From IMG/VR virus record IMGVR_UViG_3300035396_000361, positions 1 through 31,981 of that record: a stretch of DNA of 31,981 nt. One strand, written 5' to 3'. Made by a program: the position numbers and the translations under genes. Positions 18,576 to 27,706 of the stretch are shown here, in pieces (position 1 is the first letter of the stretch; every line of letters begins with the position of its first letter). The DNA is from a virus. Lineage: Duplodnaviria > Caudoviricetes. The notes under the pieces were generated by a model. It ran no database searches and was not told the DNA's origin. It was given only the letters and a program-made list of their open reading frames with translations.

Positions 18576-20459
18576 TTAATTGTTTCTTCTTAATACACTG
18601 ATATAAAATCCTGTAACAGTTAATGTTGCAGCTGCATCTGAATAGAATAATAATTCGGCTGGATTATTTAAAGTGTCTGTATTGCCAATATAGAATTTAA
18701 CAAATCTTGTTGTAGGATATGTTCCTATTGTCTTATAATAACTTTGTCCAACTTGTATTTCATAAGGATTTACGCCTATTGACATTGATAACTTAGTACC
18801 AAATATTTGATTATTTGCTGTAGTAGTTACATTTCCATCAGTTCTTATAGTTACTTCATCACCAAGACTTAAATCAGCAAAGTTAAATTGATTTGTTACA
18901 GTATTCCATAATTCAGTTACTCCAAATGGTTTATAAGTCTTTAAAGTATAAATACCTGCTCCATCATTCAATACTTTTAAATTTCCTGTGGTATAAGATT
19001 GAGTTGTTCCAGAGTGATTATAATCAATAAAACCATTCAAATCGATTGTATATAAAGGATTAGACGGAGTTCCTACACCAGATAATAATTTGCCTGTGGT
19101 AGTTACTTGGCTAATAGTTCCACCATTAACAGAAATTGAATTGTTTGATGTTCCAGCTAATTTTTCAACTGAAATAAGCGTCCAGTTTCCTGCTGAATAT
19201 CTAATAATAATTTTACCAATATAATTATACTCGGGACTAATAGTGTTAGGATTTCCAATATTAACAGATTGAGATGTTAATGATTTAATAGTTGCCAAAT
19301 TCGTATTTACAGTTTGTGGTTGAATAAATTGGTATCTATATCCTTGTGACCTATCATCTGCTGTAACTGGTGCGGCTAATACGAATATTGCTCCATAAGC
19401 ATTTACAGGAAATAAAGTTTGAACCCAAGCACTACCATTCCATTTATTATAATATGGTTGATTAACATTTAATTGAATTATATCTGCCGAATTTAAAGTA
19501 AAATTAACTACATCAGTTCCTGTTAAATATCTATGTGTATATAATTTAGATGTTAATTGAGAATTTACTGTTACTAAATCTTCATCTGCCAATGTTGTAG
19601 ATGAAATATCAGGTCTTCTATTTGCAACTGTTGTCGAAGCTAATGTGTAGCTTAAAATATCACCACCACTTTTACGATATGTACCAGTTGTTCTGTGAAA
19701 TTCTTCGTGAACATCCCAAGGCATTAAACTATGACATTCTCTAATTGCGTAAGTATCTTTTGAAACATAAGAAATTTGAACTAAATCAAATGTCCAAGGA
19801 TTAGTATCCCAAACAAAATTAGTTCCATCATAATATAAGAAATAATTATCTGATGTAATAGGGTGAGGTGTTGATACCCAACCATCTACTAATGCTGCAA
19901 TTTTTCTACCCCGCCAATATGCTTCAACTTGTCCAGATAAAATTATAGTTCTATTTTGATAGTCATAAGTTACTGACATTAAATCAGGATAACGAAATCC
20001 AGTAGGTTCTTTTGTTATATTTGGAATATCATACCACTTATCTGCATTTTCAAATGTCAATGGTGTTAAGAACTTATCATAAATCAATCCACCATTAACC
20101 TCTTGTTGCGTTGCTTGATAAGGAACTTCCATAAATTCCCAAGTTGCTCCATTAGAGAAGTATAAACCTGAGTTATAATAAGTTCCGCCAAGTGAACCAG
20201 GCAACCATTTAGTTCCTTGACTATTAGATACCCAATAGTATTTTCCTGTTGCAGTTGTTGGATTTGGTAGTGCTGAATAATTACTCATAACAGTTATATT
20301 CAAAGGAATATCTGCAAGATTTAAAATATTAACATTTAAAGCTCTTTGTGTTGGATTATAAACCGCATTGTAAGCCTCTGTATCAGTTAGATATACATTG
20401 GTTGCTCTGTCTTTATAAACATCATTTAATATTTCGGTTGTGGTAAAATAATTTGCCAT
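18576..20459 (-). CDS. Large tail fibre / virion structural protein
   Basis: 627 aa, rich in Thr/Asn/Gly/Tyr, ATQQEVNGG...LTP fibre motif. Confidence 0.65.
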   Translation of the reverse strand: MANYFTTTEILNDVYKDRATNVYLTDTEAYNAVYNPTQRALNVNILNLADIPLNITVMSNYSALPNPTTATGKYYWVSNSQGTKWLPGSLGGTYYNSGLYFSNGATWEFMEVPYQATQQEVNGGLIYDKFLTPLTFENADKWYDIPNITKEPTGFRYPDLMSVTYDYQNRTIILSGQVEAYWRGRKIAALVDGWVSTPHPITSDNYFLYYDGTNFVWDTNPWTFDLVQISYVSKDTYAIRECHSLMPWDVHEEFHRTTGTYRKSGGDILSYTLASTTVANRRPDISSTTLADEDLVTVNSQLTSKLYTHRYLTGTDVVNFTLNSADIIQLNVNQPYYNKWNGSAWVQTLFPVNAYGAIFVLAAPVTADDRSQGYRYQFIQPQTVNTNLATIKSLTSQSVNIGNPNTISPEYNYIGKIIIRYSAGNWTLISVEKLAGTSNNSISVNGGTISQVTTTGKLLSGVGTPSNPLYTIDLNGFIDYNHSGTTQSYTTGNLKVLNDGAGIYTLKTYKPFGVTELWNTVTNQFNFADLSLGDEVTIRTDGNVTTTANNQIFGTKLSMSIGVNPYEIQVGQSYYKTIGTYPTTRFVKFYIGNTDTLNNPAELLFYSDAAATLTVTGFYISVLRRNN

Positions 20460-20461
20460 AA

Positions 20462-20956
20462 TTAGATTTTATTTTCTATTGTGATTGTATTAGGATATGC
20501 TCTTAATATAGGTTCGTAAAGAGGGTCGATATTAGCAACATAAATAAATGTGATTCCGTCAATGACATAAGTTTGTTCGACAAAATCCACTCTTAAACCT
20601 AAGAATAATTGTCCTAAATCATCTGCTATTAAAATATGTTCTAATATTTTTTCATTAGCAACAATTCGGATAGGTTTAATATCCATCAACCAACATTGAC
20701 TATCTGCGCTAACTATGAATCCTGTTTCAACATCAAGAATATTAGCAACACACCCCTCAGTTTCAAACTCTTTAAATGTCGGATTAATTAATACAGATTG
20801 ATATGTATCTGAAACATAATCAACCCTTTTATCTTGGGCATTTAACCCTAAGTCTTTGAAATAAGGATTTGAATAGAGTTTATAATAAACTCCTGACTCT
20901 TTTATTTTATTAACTAAAATGATTCCTCCACTTATATAGTTATTTAATTGTATCAT
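20462..20956 (-). CDS. Hypothetical protein (possible fibre chaperone)
   Basis: 164-aa ORF between two fibre-like genes. Confidence 0.55.
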   Translation of the reverse strand: MIQLNNYISGGIILVNKIKESGVYYKLYSNPYFKDLGLNAQDKRVDYVSDTYQSVLINPTFKEFETEGCVANILDVETGFIVSADSQCWLMDIKPIRIVANEKILEHILIADDLGQLFLGLRVDFVEQTYVIDGITFIYVANIDPLYEPILRAYPNTITIENKI

Positions 20957-20971
20957 ACTTTATTTTTATTT

Positions 20972-22528
20972 TTATTTATTATTAGCTGTTATATTTGTAG
21001 CGTTTCCTGAATTATCTGTAAAACCGCCCGCGAATCTATTATTTGTTATTATTGAATCTGTTACACCTAAACTTAGAACTGTCGCTCCTACTATTCTATT
21101 AGCATCAATATTATAATTATCACCTCCTACGGTTAATGTTCCTGCTATTCTATTAGCATCAATATTATAATTATCACCTCCTACGGTTAATGCTCCTGTA
21201 ATTTCATTTCTCACGATATCAACATCGTTTACAGAAATGTTTAAATAATTGATAGTATTGTTTATAAACTTATAAGTTCCGTAATTAATCGGAGAAATTC
21301 CATTAAACATCGTTAATGTACAAAATTCAAAAATATGAGGGCAATTATTTGATAAATATTGCAAATCAAATTCTCCTATGCAATTTTTAAAATGAAGTGC
21401 GCTTCTATTTGTAGACGGATAAACTCTACTCTTAACATTTGAATTTTCCCAATATCCTGACATTGCTGTAACTGGAGTACCTCTGAAATTTCGTGCTGTT
21501 TTTGCTTTTGTACTAAATCCTATTGTAGCAAGTCCAACTCTATCGTCATTTTTGCAGTCTGTGAAATTACAATCGAATTGAATAGTCGTGGACGCTAAAC
21601 TAAATATCCCTCGAAATTCGCATCTTATAAAATCGACTGGCGCATTGACAAGATTATAGCAGCTAATTCCACCACCTTCGATAATACAATCTGTTAATGT
21701 ACTTTTTCCAGCCGCAATGTAGTTTGCAGCGACATCTCCCCACTTAAAATAACATTCGGATATCTGAGCATCTGTAAAAAACGCATAAGACGCGGGAGCT
21801 GTCGATTCAAATCTAACATTCCGCGCTCCGCAATTTTCAAATCCTTGAAAGTTAATTGTGGAATTAACTTTTATCGTGAATTGCGATGTGTATTTAGTTC
21901 CTGTTAATCCTATTATTACGCCGTCGCTTCCTGACCAATAATAGCTTCCTGTTTCAATTATAATTCCTGCATCAGCAGCCATTAATACATTATCGAGTGA
22001 AATATCAGCATTTAATGTTATATTTGATATTATTTTCCATTTTGTTCTATTATCTGCCTGTGCTTCGGCAACATTTGGATAATTTCCGCCAGTTCCAATA
22101 GTACAATCAAAAAAGTTTGTTGCACTATTATCTATAATATTTCCAGTAATATCTGTTCCAAGAGTAGTAGCACTTAATAGTGTTGTAACTTTTAAATCAT
22201 TTACTGTTATACCATTAGTTCCTAAATCAACATCGGTAGTTGCTCCAGTATAAGGAACTAAACCAGTTGTATCTCCACCAAGTGGAATAATATCCCAAGT
22301 TGAACCATTATAAATTTCAAGTGTATTGGTATCAGTCTTAAACAGTATATCATTAGTATTCAAGTCAACTGTTGGATAAGTTGATTGATTGTAAATAGTT
22401 GATTTTAAAGCATTGATAGTATCTATAATAGCATCTAACTGAGTATTAAGGATTGGGCCTGTAATAGACTTTATGTTATTAGCCTTTATGGTATTATCTA
22501 TTTGTGATTTTAATTGATTAATCGTCAT
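20972..22528 (-). CDS. Tailspike / receptor-binding protein with a C-terminal beta-helix
   Basis: IKANNIKSITGPILN attachment motif, VPYTGATTDVDLG, and Asn/Gly/Ile beta-helix repeats. Confidence 0.7.
   Translation of the reverse strand: MTINQLKSQIDNTIKANNIKSITGPILNTQLDAIIDTINALKSTIYNQSTYPTVDLNTNDILFKTDTNTLEIYNGSTWDIIPLGGDTTGLVPYTGATTDVDLGTNGITVNDLKVTTLLSATTLGTDITGNIIDNSATNFFDCTIGTGGNYPNVAEAQADNRTKWKIISNITLNADISLDNVLMAADAGIIIETGSYYWSGSDGVIIGLTGTKYTSQFTIKVNSTINFQGFENCGARNVRFESTAPASYAFFTDAQISECYFKWGDVAANYIAAGKSTLTDCIIEGGGISCYNLVNAPVDFIRCEFRGIFSLASTTIQFDCNFTDCKNDDRVGLATIGFSTKAKTARNFRGTPVTAMSGYWENSNVKSRVYPSTNRSALHFKNCIGEFDLQYLSNNCPHIFEFCTLTMFNGISPINYGTYKFINNTINYLNISVNDVDIVRNEITGALTVGGDNYNIDANRIAGTLTVGGDNYNIDANRIVGATVLSLGVTDSIITNNRFAGGFTDNSGNATNITANNK
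21091..21192. repeat. 54-bp-period in-frame tandem duplication
   Basis: 48 identical nt at 21091-21138 and 21145-21192, encoding LTVGGDNYNIDANRI twice. Confidence 0.95.
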
Positions 22529-22542
22529 CTTAAATAATTATT

Positions 22543-22839
22543 TTATTGTACATTCATATTTAAAGTAATAGATTTTCCTGAAATAGAAATTTCAGAACTT
22601 TCTAAAACAAATCCATCTAAAGCTAATTCATCTGTTAAAATATTATGCAAAATATTTTCATCAATTGATGCACCAATATATTTATTAATAGATGCTCCAA
22701 TCAAAGGATATTGTCTTATCTCACCTTTATCGGCATACGCTATTACTTTACTATGAAAAGCTGTATTATCTGATTGTTGAAAATCTCCATTAACAATTAA
22801 AATATCATCATCAGTATCGCTTAAATAATCTTGTCGCAT
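22543..22839 (-). CDS. Baseplate gp25 / Mu gp46-like protein
   Basis: DILIVNGDF...KGEIRQYPLIG...L.LDG motif. Confidence 0.65.
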   Translation of the reverse strand: MRQDYLSDTDDDILIVNGDFQQSDNTAFHSKVIAYADKGEIRQYPLIGASINKYIGASIDENILHNILTDELALDGFVLESSEISISGKSITLNMNVQ

Positions 22840-22856
22840 TTAATATTTCTTTTTTA

Positions 22857-22866
22857 TAGTTTACAA
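22857..22866 (-). promoter_or_regulatory. TTGTAAACTA putative late promoter element
   Basis: Exact motif overlapping the upstream stop, 17 nt before the ATG at 22839. Confidence 0.6.
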
Positions 22867-23412
22867 ATTTATTGCAGTTGAATAAGAGATTATATTATCG
22901 CTAATTGCTTGCTTATAATTAACTCTATTTTCAAAAACAAATCTAAATCCTAACTTACTAACCTTCAAACTTTCAGGATTTGTTGCAAGCTCCATATTTA
23001 TCATTTCTACATTATGAATTAAGAAATTGTTATTCTGTTCTTCAGTTGGCAATTTGTAACTTGATAACATAGACAACTTTGTATAAATCGTTTCAAGTAA
23101 ATTAAGATAATATAGATTATTATTTTTCAATTCAGAATCTGAAAAGAATGTATTGAATATCTCTATTCCTATATGCAAATTAACTGAAACTTCTGCTTCA
23201 TATAAGCCTTTGAATCCGTTAAGAATATCAATAGGTAATATTTCAACAAGTAATCTTGGAGGTGCTTTTGGGTCAATATCAGGATTATTATATTGGTCAA
23301 AGAATAAATCTACAGATTTAATCTCTGGAACTTCTTTGAGAATAAAACTTTCTATAAATCTGTAGATATATGCAAAACTATTTTCTTGATATAAGGGTGT
23401 TTGATTATCCAT
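22861..23412 (-). CDS. Tail terminator / neck protein (Mu gp37-like)
   Basis: VPEIKSVDLFFDQY...PPRLLVE motif; position after the gpG-like gene. Confidence 0.6.
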   Translation of the reverse strand: MDNQTPLYQENSFAYIYRFIESFILKEVPEIKSVDLFFDQYNNPDIDPKAPPRLLVEILPIDILNGFKGLYEAEVSVNLHIGIEIFNTFFSDSELKNNNLYYLNLLETIYTKLSMLSSYKLPTEEQNNNFLIHNVEMINMELATNPESLKVSKLGFRFVFENRVNYKQAISDNIISYSTAINL

Positions 23413-23885
23413 TATTTTGTAATTTTTTTAGTGTAAGCATTTAAATCTCTCATTATTCTGCTTGGTGATACATTTGTATAATGTTTTGCTTTTATTGTTA
23501 TAGTTTTAGATAATGCAGAACGTTTATAAATATCTTTTCCTGTTTGATAGAATAATGCCCAGAATCTTTTTCTTTGTTTTTCTGTAACAGTCATAGTACC
23601 GCCATTGTCTTGAATATTAGCGTATGGAACAGTTGATTTAAATATGATATTTATTTTTCCTGCTTCAACTTTAATACTTCTGAGCAATGCTCCAGTGTCG
23701 GAGAACTTTCTAACATTCAGCTTAATTTCAAATTCATATATCTTAGCAAATTTATCTTTTAATAATTTTGGAAGATTAATATATTTCTTTTGAATCTTAT
23801 CTAAACCTAACACTTGAAAGCTGTTAAACTGTTTCGTTTGGGACTGTAGTTTCATTTGCTTTATTTTTAAATTTAACTGATACAC
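23412..23885 (-). CDS. Virion morphogenesis protein (Mu gpG-like); 5' end uncertain
   Basis: DTGALLRSI...VPYANIQDNGG...VTEKQRKRFWA motif. Confidence 0.75.
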   Translation of the reverse strand: MYQLNLKIKQMKLQSQTKQFNSFQVLGLDKIQKKYINLPKLLKDKFAKIYEFEIKLNVRKFSDTGALLRSIKVEAGKINIIFKSTVPYANIQDNGGTMTVTEKQRKRFWALFYQTGKDIYKRSALSKTITIKAKHYTNVSPSRIMRDLNAYTKKITK

Positions 23886-24447
23886 TTTTTTCTTTATGTA
23901 TAATGCTCATTCTTTCACAGAATTCGGCAGTTCTTTTTTTTCCTTTATTTGCTTTTGAGATTTTTAATTTGGTTTCTTCGCTATGGGGATGTTTTTTCCC
24001 AATATGACCTAATCTATTTTTTTCTCTAATTTCATCACTGGGATTTTTATGTGATTCACTTAATGTTTTTCTATGTTCAGCAGATAATTTTTTTCCAGTT
24101 AATGATTCACTTATCTTTCTACAGTGTTCTGGTGTTCTAACCAGATTTCGTAAATTATAATTACCACCTTCATTCATATTATATCCATTCTTTCCAAATG
24201 AATTAAAATATTTAATCCAATACTTTTCTTGAGTATCTAAATCTTGAACTGGACATTCGCATAGAACTTCCCACTTGAAATTTTCTTTACCATATTTATC
24301 AATAGCATTTTTTAACATAGTAGGATTTTTTCCTTTTTGAGTTCTAAAATGAGATTGTATTCTTTTTTTCAGAACTTGAACTGTTTGCCCAATATATAGT
24401 TTATTATTTATTGTATTTGTTATTATATAAATTACTCCAGTTTTCAT
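23824..24447 (-). CDS. GIY-YIG homing endonuclease with NUMOD3 repeats
   Basis: GVIYIITNTINNKLYIGQT; TPEHCRKISESLTGKK, SAEHRKTLSESHK and HSEETKLKISKANKGKK repeats. Confidence 0.9.
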   Translation of the reverse strand: MKTGVIYIITNTINNKLYIGQTVQVLKKRIQSHFRTQKGKNPTMLKNAIDKYGKENFKWEVLCECPVQDLDTQEKYWIKYFNSFGKNGYNMNEGGNYNLRNLVRTPEHCRKISESLTGKKLSAEHRKTLSESHKNPSDEIREKNRLGHIGKKHPHSEETKLKISKANKGKKRTAEFCERMSIIHKEKSVSVKFKNKANETTVPNETV

Positions 24448-24448
24448 A

Positions 24449-25591
24449 TTAAGATATATTTTGTTTATCTATTTGAGTTTTAACATCTAAAGCTAAACCA
24501 TAGCGATTTTCAAAATAAGACATATCTTTAATATCAAAATTCTGCAATAAGAATGTATCTACTCTTATCTTTTCATCAATAGATAATATTTCAGGTTCTG
24601 TAAATGCAAATGTTACTTTCTCTGTCATTAATCCTAAATCAGTTAATTTTGGAATCAATTGATAATTAACAACATCCTCAATAAATTTAATATCTGCTTT
24701 GGTATAAATATAAGATGATGCTAAGTGGACTTGTGATTGAGATAAACTTGCTCCTGAATCAGTTACCATTGTTGCACCAAGAATCTTTTTAGAAACTTGT
24801 TCATCTATATAATTAGCAAAACTTTCATAAAGAGATTGACTATTAGAACTATTAGCAATCATTTCTAAACTTGTATTAGAATCTTTAATGAAATATCCTG
24901 AACGTCCTACATTCTTTAAACTATCTAATATAGAATCAAGTTCAATTGGGTCAGTTGAATTTGTAGTAGCAACTCTCCAAGGTTGTCCAAATAGTTCTAT
25001 ATACTGTGACCAGTTAAGAAGCAATTCATTTTTGAATAATATCAATTTTGAAACATCTAATAATTCACCCAAATCTCTACAATCATCATTGTTATTAATA
25101 TCTACTAATGTTTTAATAAAAGGAGGATTGGAATAAATAATATCAGGCGAAAATGAAATAGGATAATACTTAATGCCTTGTACTTCTGGCATTACATTGT
25201 TTCTTGGAATTAAATAATAATCTAATCCTTCAGAATTCATTTGTATTTCAACAAGAGAATTACCATAAAACATTGCATCAATTGTGTAATCTAAGAATCG
25301 TGAGAAACTTTTATCTTGAAATAAAGCCAAACTTTTTGTAGCAGTTCTACCAGAATCTTTATATATACCAAATTGCAATCCTTTGATTCTTGTTTTTCTA
25401 TGTTTTAATAGAGAAGCAAGATGAGGGTCTTTTATAATATCATTATAGATTTGAATTAAATCATATCTATTTGGCATATCTATATTCTCAGCAGAATCTA
25501 CAGCAAACTTATATCTTTGAAGTGTGATTTTAGAAATATAATTTGGCATAGTTTTTAATTTTGATGCCAATGTATCTTTTGTTTTTTTCAT
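24449..25591 (-). CDS. Portal protein (Mu gp29 / DUF935-like)
   Basis: DPHLASLL..R, AMFYGNSLVE, WSQYIELFGQPWRVA and SKKILGATMVTDSGASLSQSQVH motifs. Confidence 0.9.
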   Translation of the reverse strand: MKKTKDTLASKLKTMPNYISKITLQRYKFAVDSAENIDMPNRYDLIQIYNDIIKDPHLASLLKHRKTRIKGLQFGIYKDSGRTATKSLALFQDKSFSRFLDYTIDAMFYGNSLVEIQMNSEGLDYYLIPRNNVMPEVQGIKYYPISFSPDIIYSNPPFIKTLVDINNNDDCRDLGELLDVSKLILFKNELLLNWSQYIELFGQPWRVATTNSTDPIELDSILDSLKNVGRSGYFIKDSNTSLEMIANSSNSQSLYESFANYIDEQVSKKILGATMVTDSGASLSQSQVHLASSYIYTKADIKFIEDVVNYQLIPKLTDLGLMTEKVTFAFTEPEILSIDEKIRVDTFLLQNFDIKDMSYFENRYGLALDVKTQIDKQNIS

Positions 25592-25609
25592 ATCGTATTA
25601 TCTATTATT

Positions 25610-26032
25610 TTAAATGTAAGATGTATCATTAAATTTCTGTTCGCTACCATATTTGAAATAAGTGTTAGCCTGTCTCGTTGGGTCTAATTTAGGTAAGTTT
25701 GCAGATATTTTACCAGTCGAAACTCCCAATAGCCATAGCTTATGTTCGTTACATCTATCTGATACATTTTGCGGCATTTCAACTGAGTTTACTCTTCCGA
25801 ACAATTGACAGATTATAAAGTCTATAACCATTCGTTTAATAAGATAAGAACGTTCATTTCCTACTTTATTAAATATCTGCTCAACATCATACTTAGCATA
25901 TAAGTAACTTGTTACCAATTCAATAGCGTATAATTCCATTTCTTCAATTATTTTCAAATTGTCATCTGACAAATCTCGTATAACTGAGTTGAACTTTGCT
26001 ATTTCTAATTCTTCTACTAATATAAATTTCAT
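25610..26032 (-). CDS. Head-tail adaptor (Mu gp36 / DUF1320-like)
   Basis: SYLYAKYDVEQIF...R...WLLGVSTGKISANLP motif. Confidence 0.85.
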   Translation of the reverse strand: MKFILVEELEIAKFNSVIRDLSDDNLKIIEEMELYAIELVTSYLYAKYDVEQIFNKVGNERSYLIKRMVIDFIICQLFGRVNSVEMPQNVSDRCNEHKLWLLGVSTGKISANLPKLDPTRQANTYFKYGSEQKFNDTSYI

Positions 26033-26050
26033 ATTATCTTTATTTTGTTT

Positions 26051-27292
26051 TTATCTTCTGAATGCACTTGGCAATCCTGGTTTAATTACGAACCCTCTAC
26101 TATTATCAGTTTTACATTTATTAGCAAGTGCAATAGATATAATATTATCATCGTGAAAACCATTCATAGCGCAATACGTTATCTTTCTTGCTTTTGGTGT
26201 GTAAACATATGTGAATGTTGCGAATTGTAAATCTAATTCTGGACAGAGTTCTTTGGTTGGCAGTTTCAATTTTGCATCATCTAAATTTGCCATTAACAAT
26301 TCTATAATTTCAGTCTTACTATTATTATCAGTTCTGAATGGTGTGATGTTAGAATATTTCAAAACTAACATATCATAGAAAACATCACCTACTCCATTAG
26401 TTTCAACATATACTATTGGTTTGTATTCTTTCAGTATTGGAACTAATTCATCAAGTATAAGTGAATAGCTTTTTTCCTTAGATGCAAACACTCTAACCAC
26501 ATAACCCGCTTGGTCTAAAATTGTTAAAACTGTTGAATCGTGCTTTCCAATATCAAGTCCAGCATAATACTTCGATGTTGCAATAGGATTAATCCAAGAT
26601 GTTATAATTTGATGTTGTTTAATGTTCTTAAATACTGTACCCCCATCATCCAGAAACTCAGCCTCATACTCAGTTCTAAACATTGATTCGGGCAATACTT
26701 TTTTAGCATCTTCAACTTCTTGCATATCATACATTGGGTTATCTGTATAATGCATAAAATAGTATTTGTATCTATCATTTTGCGATTGTCCTAACATTGC
26801 TAAATCGTAAAATAGATTCTTTCCTTTTGGTGTTGATGCTATAATAACTTTTGAATTTATCTTAGCAGCTACAGTTGGTTTAATTGCTTCCCAAGCTCCA
26901 ATTTTAAAGAAAGAAAATTCATCTAAGAATAAATAATCAACTGATAGACCTCTGATATTATCGAAACGTTCAGCTGATTTAAATATTAATGTAGAATTGT
27001 TTTTAAATTTAATAGTTAATTTAGATTTGTTAGCATTTTGAATAACTGGAATGCCATATAAAGAATCTATAATATTATCAAAGAACGTAGATGCTAAACC
27101 GTATGTTGGTGTTATATAAAGTAATTTCTGATTAATAGTTGTTAATGCAAAATATCTTACTAATTCACTAAGAGCAACTGATTTTCCAGATTGACGTGAA
27201 GCATTTATAATAAAATATTTGGCATCAGATTTAATAATATCGTTTATTATTTCTTTCTGCCTTTTATGTAAAGGGAATCCTTCTATCGTCAT
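26051..27292 (-). CDS. terL: Terminase large subunit
   Basis: Walker A ASRQSGKS, Walker B LFLDEF, ASTPKG coupling motif, RNase H GLDIG...D and HDD. Confidence 0.95.
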   Translation of the reverse strand: MTIEGFPLHKRQKEIINDIIKSDAKYFIINASRQSGKSVALSELVRYFALTTINQKLLYITPTYGLASTFFDNIIDSLYGIPVIQNANKSKLTIKFKNNSTLIFKSAERFDNIRGLSVDYLFLDEFSFFKIGAWEAIKPTVAAKINSKVIIASTPKGKNLFYDLAMLGQSQNDRYKYYFMHYTDNPMYDMQEVEDAKKVLPESMFRTEYEAEFLDDGGTVFKNIKQHQIITSWINPIATSKYYAGLDIGKHDSTVLTILDQAGYVVRVFASKEKSYSLILDELVPILKEYKPIVYVETNGVGDVFYDMLVLKYSNITPFRTDNNSKTEIIELLMANLDDAKLKLPTKELCPELDLQFATFTYVYTPKARKITYCAMNGFHDDNIISIALANKCKTDNSRGFVIKPGLPSAFRR

Positions 27293-27675
27293 TATTTAAT
27301 TTTATATTCTATATCATTTACTTTTATACTTAATTCAGAATCTGGATTTTCTCCAAATGCTTTTAGTAATATTCTTTGTGGGATTGCAGAAAGGTACTTA
27401 ACCCTAATAGATAAATTAGGGTCAGTAATCCCTTCAATGAATCCCGAAACAATCAAATTAGTAATAAATGTGTTAGCCTTGTTAAATTCTTTTGCAAATG
27501 CTTCATCATTGTGAAGCCAATAATAGAATGTTCCTTTAACTATACCAATAGCATCACACGTATGCGTTACATTAAAATTATTGACATAGTATTGCTCTAA
27601 GAACTCTACTTGTTTATGTTTATTAATTTTTACTGGTTTTATAACCTTATTATCGGTTTTTTTAGGACTTTTCAT
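27292..27675 (-). CDS. terS: Terminase small subunit (HTH)
   Basis: NVTHTCDAIGIVKGTFYYWLHNDEAFA HTH directly upstream of terL. Confidence 0.8.
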   Translation of the reverse strand: MKSPKKTDNKVIKPVKINKHKQVEFLEQYYVNNFNVTHTCDAIGIVKGTFYYWLHNDEAFAKEFNKANTFITNLIVSGFIEGITDPNLSIRVKYLSAIPQRILLKAFGENPDSELSIKVNDIEYKIK

Positions 27676-27694
27676 TCTTTTTATTTCTTTTTAT

Positions 27695-27704
27695 TAGTTT
27701 ACAA
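27695..27704 (-). promoter_or_regulatory. TTGTAAACTA putative late promoter element (start of the morphogenesis operon)
   Basis: Exact motif 19 nt upstream of the terS ATG and 2 nt after the stop of the sigma-like gene. Confidence 0.7.
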
Positions 27705-27706
27705 AA

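Noticed and set aside
21091-21192. CRISPR array or DGR template/variable repeat
   Set aside because: Only two adjacent in-frame copies, no spacers, no adenine-specific differences and no reverse transcriptase in the genome
10323-24447. Group I introns around the GIY-YIG genes
   Set aside because: Flanking genes look complete and spacers are under about 20 nt, leaving no room for a ribozyme core
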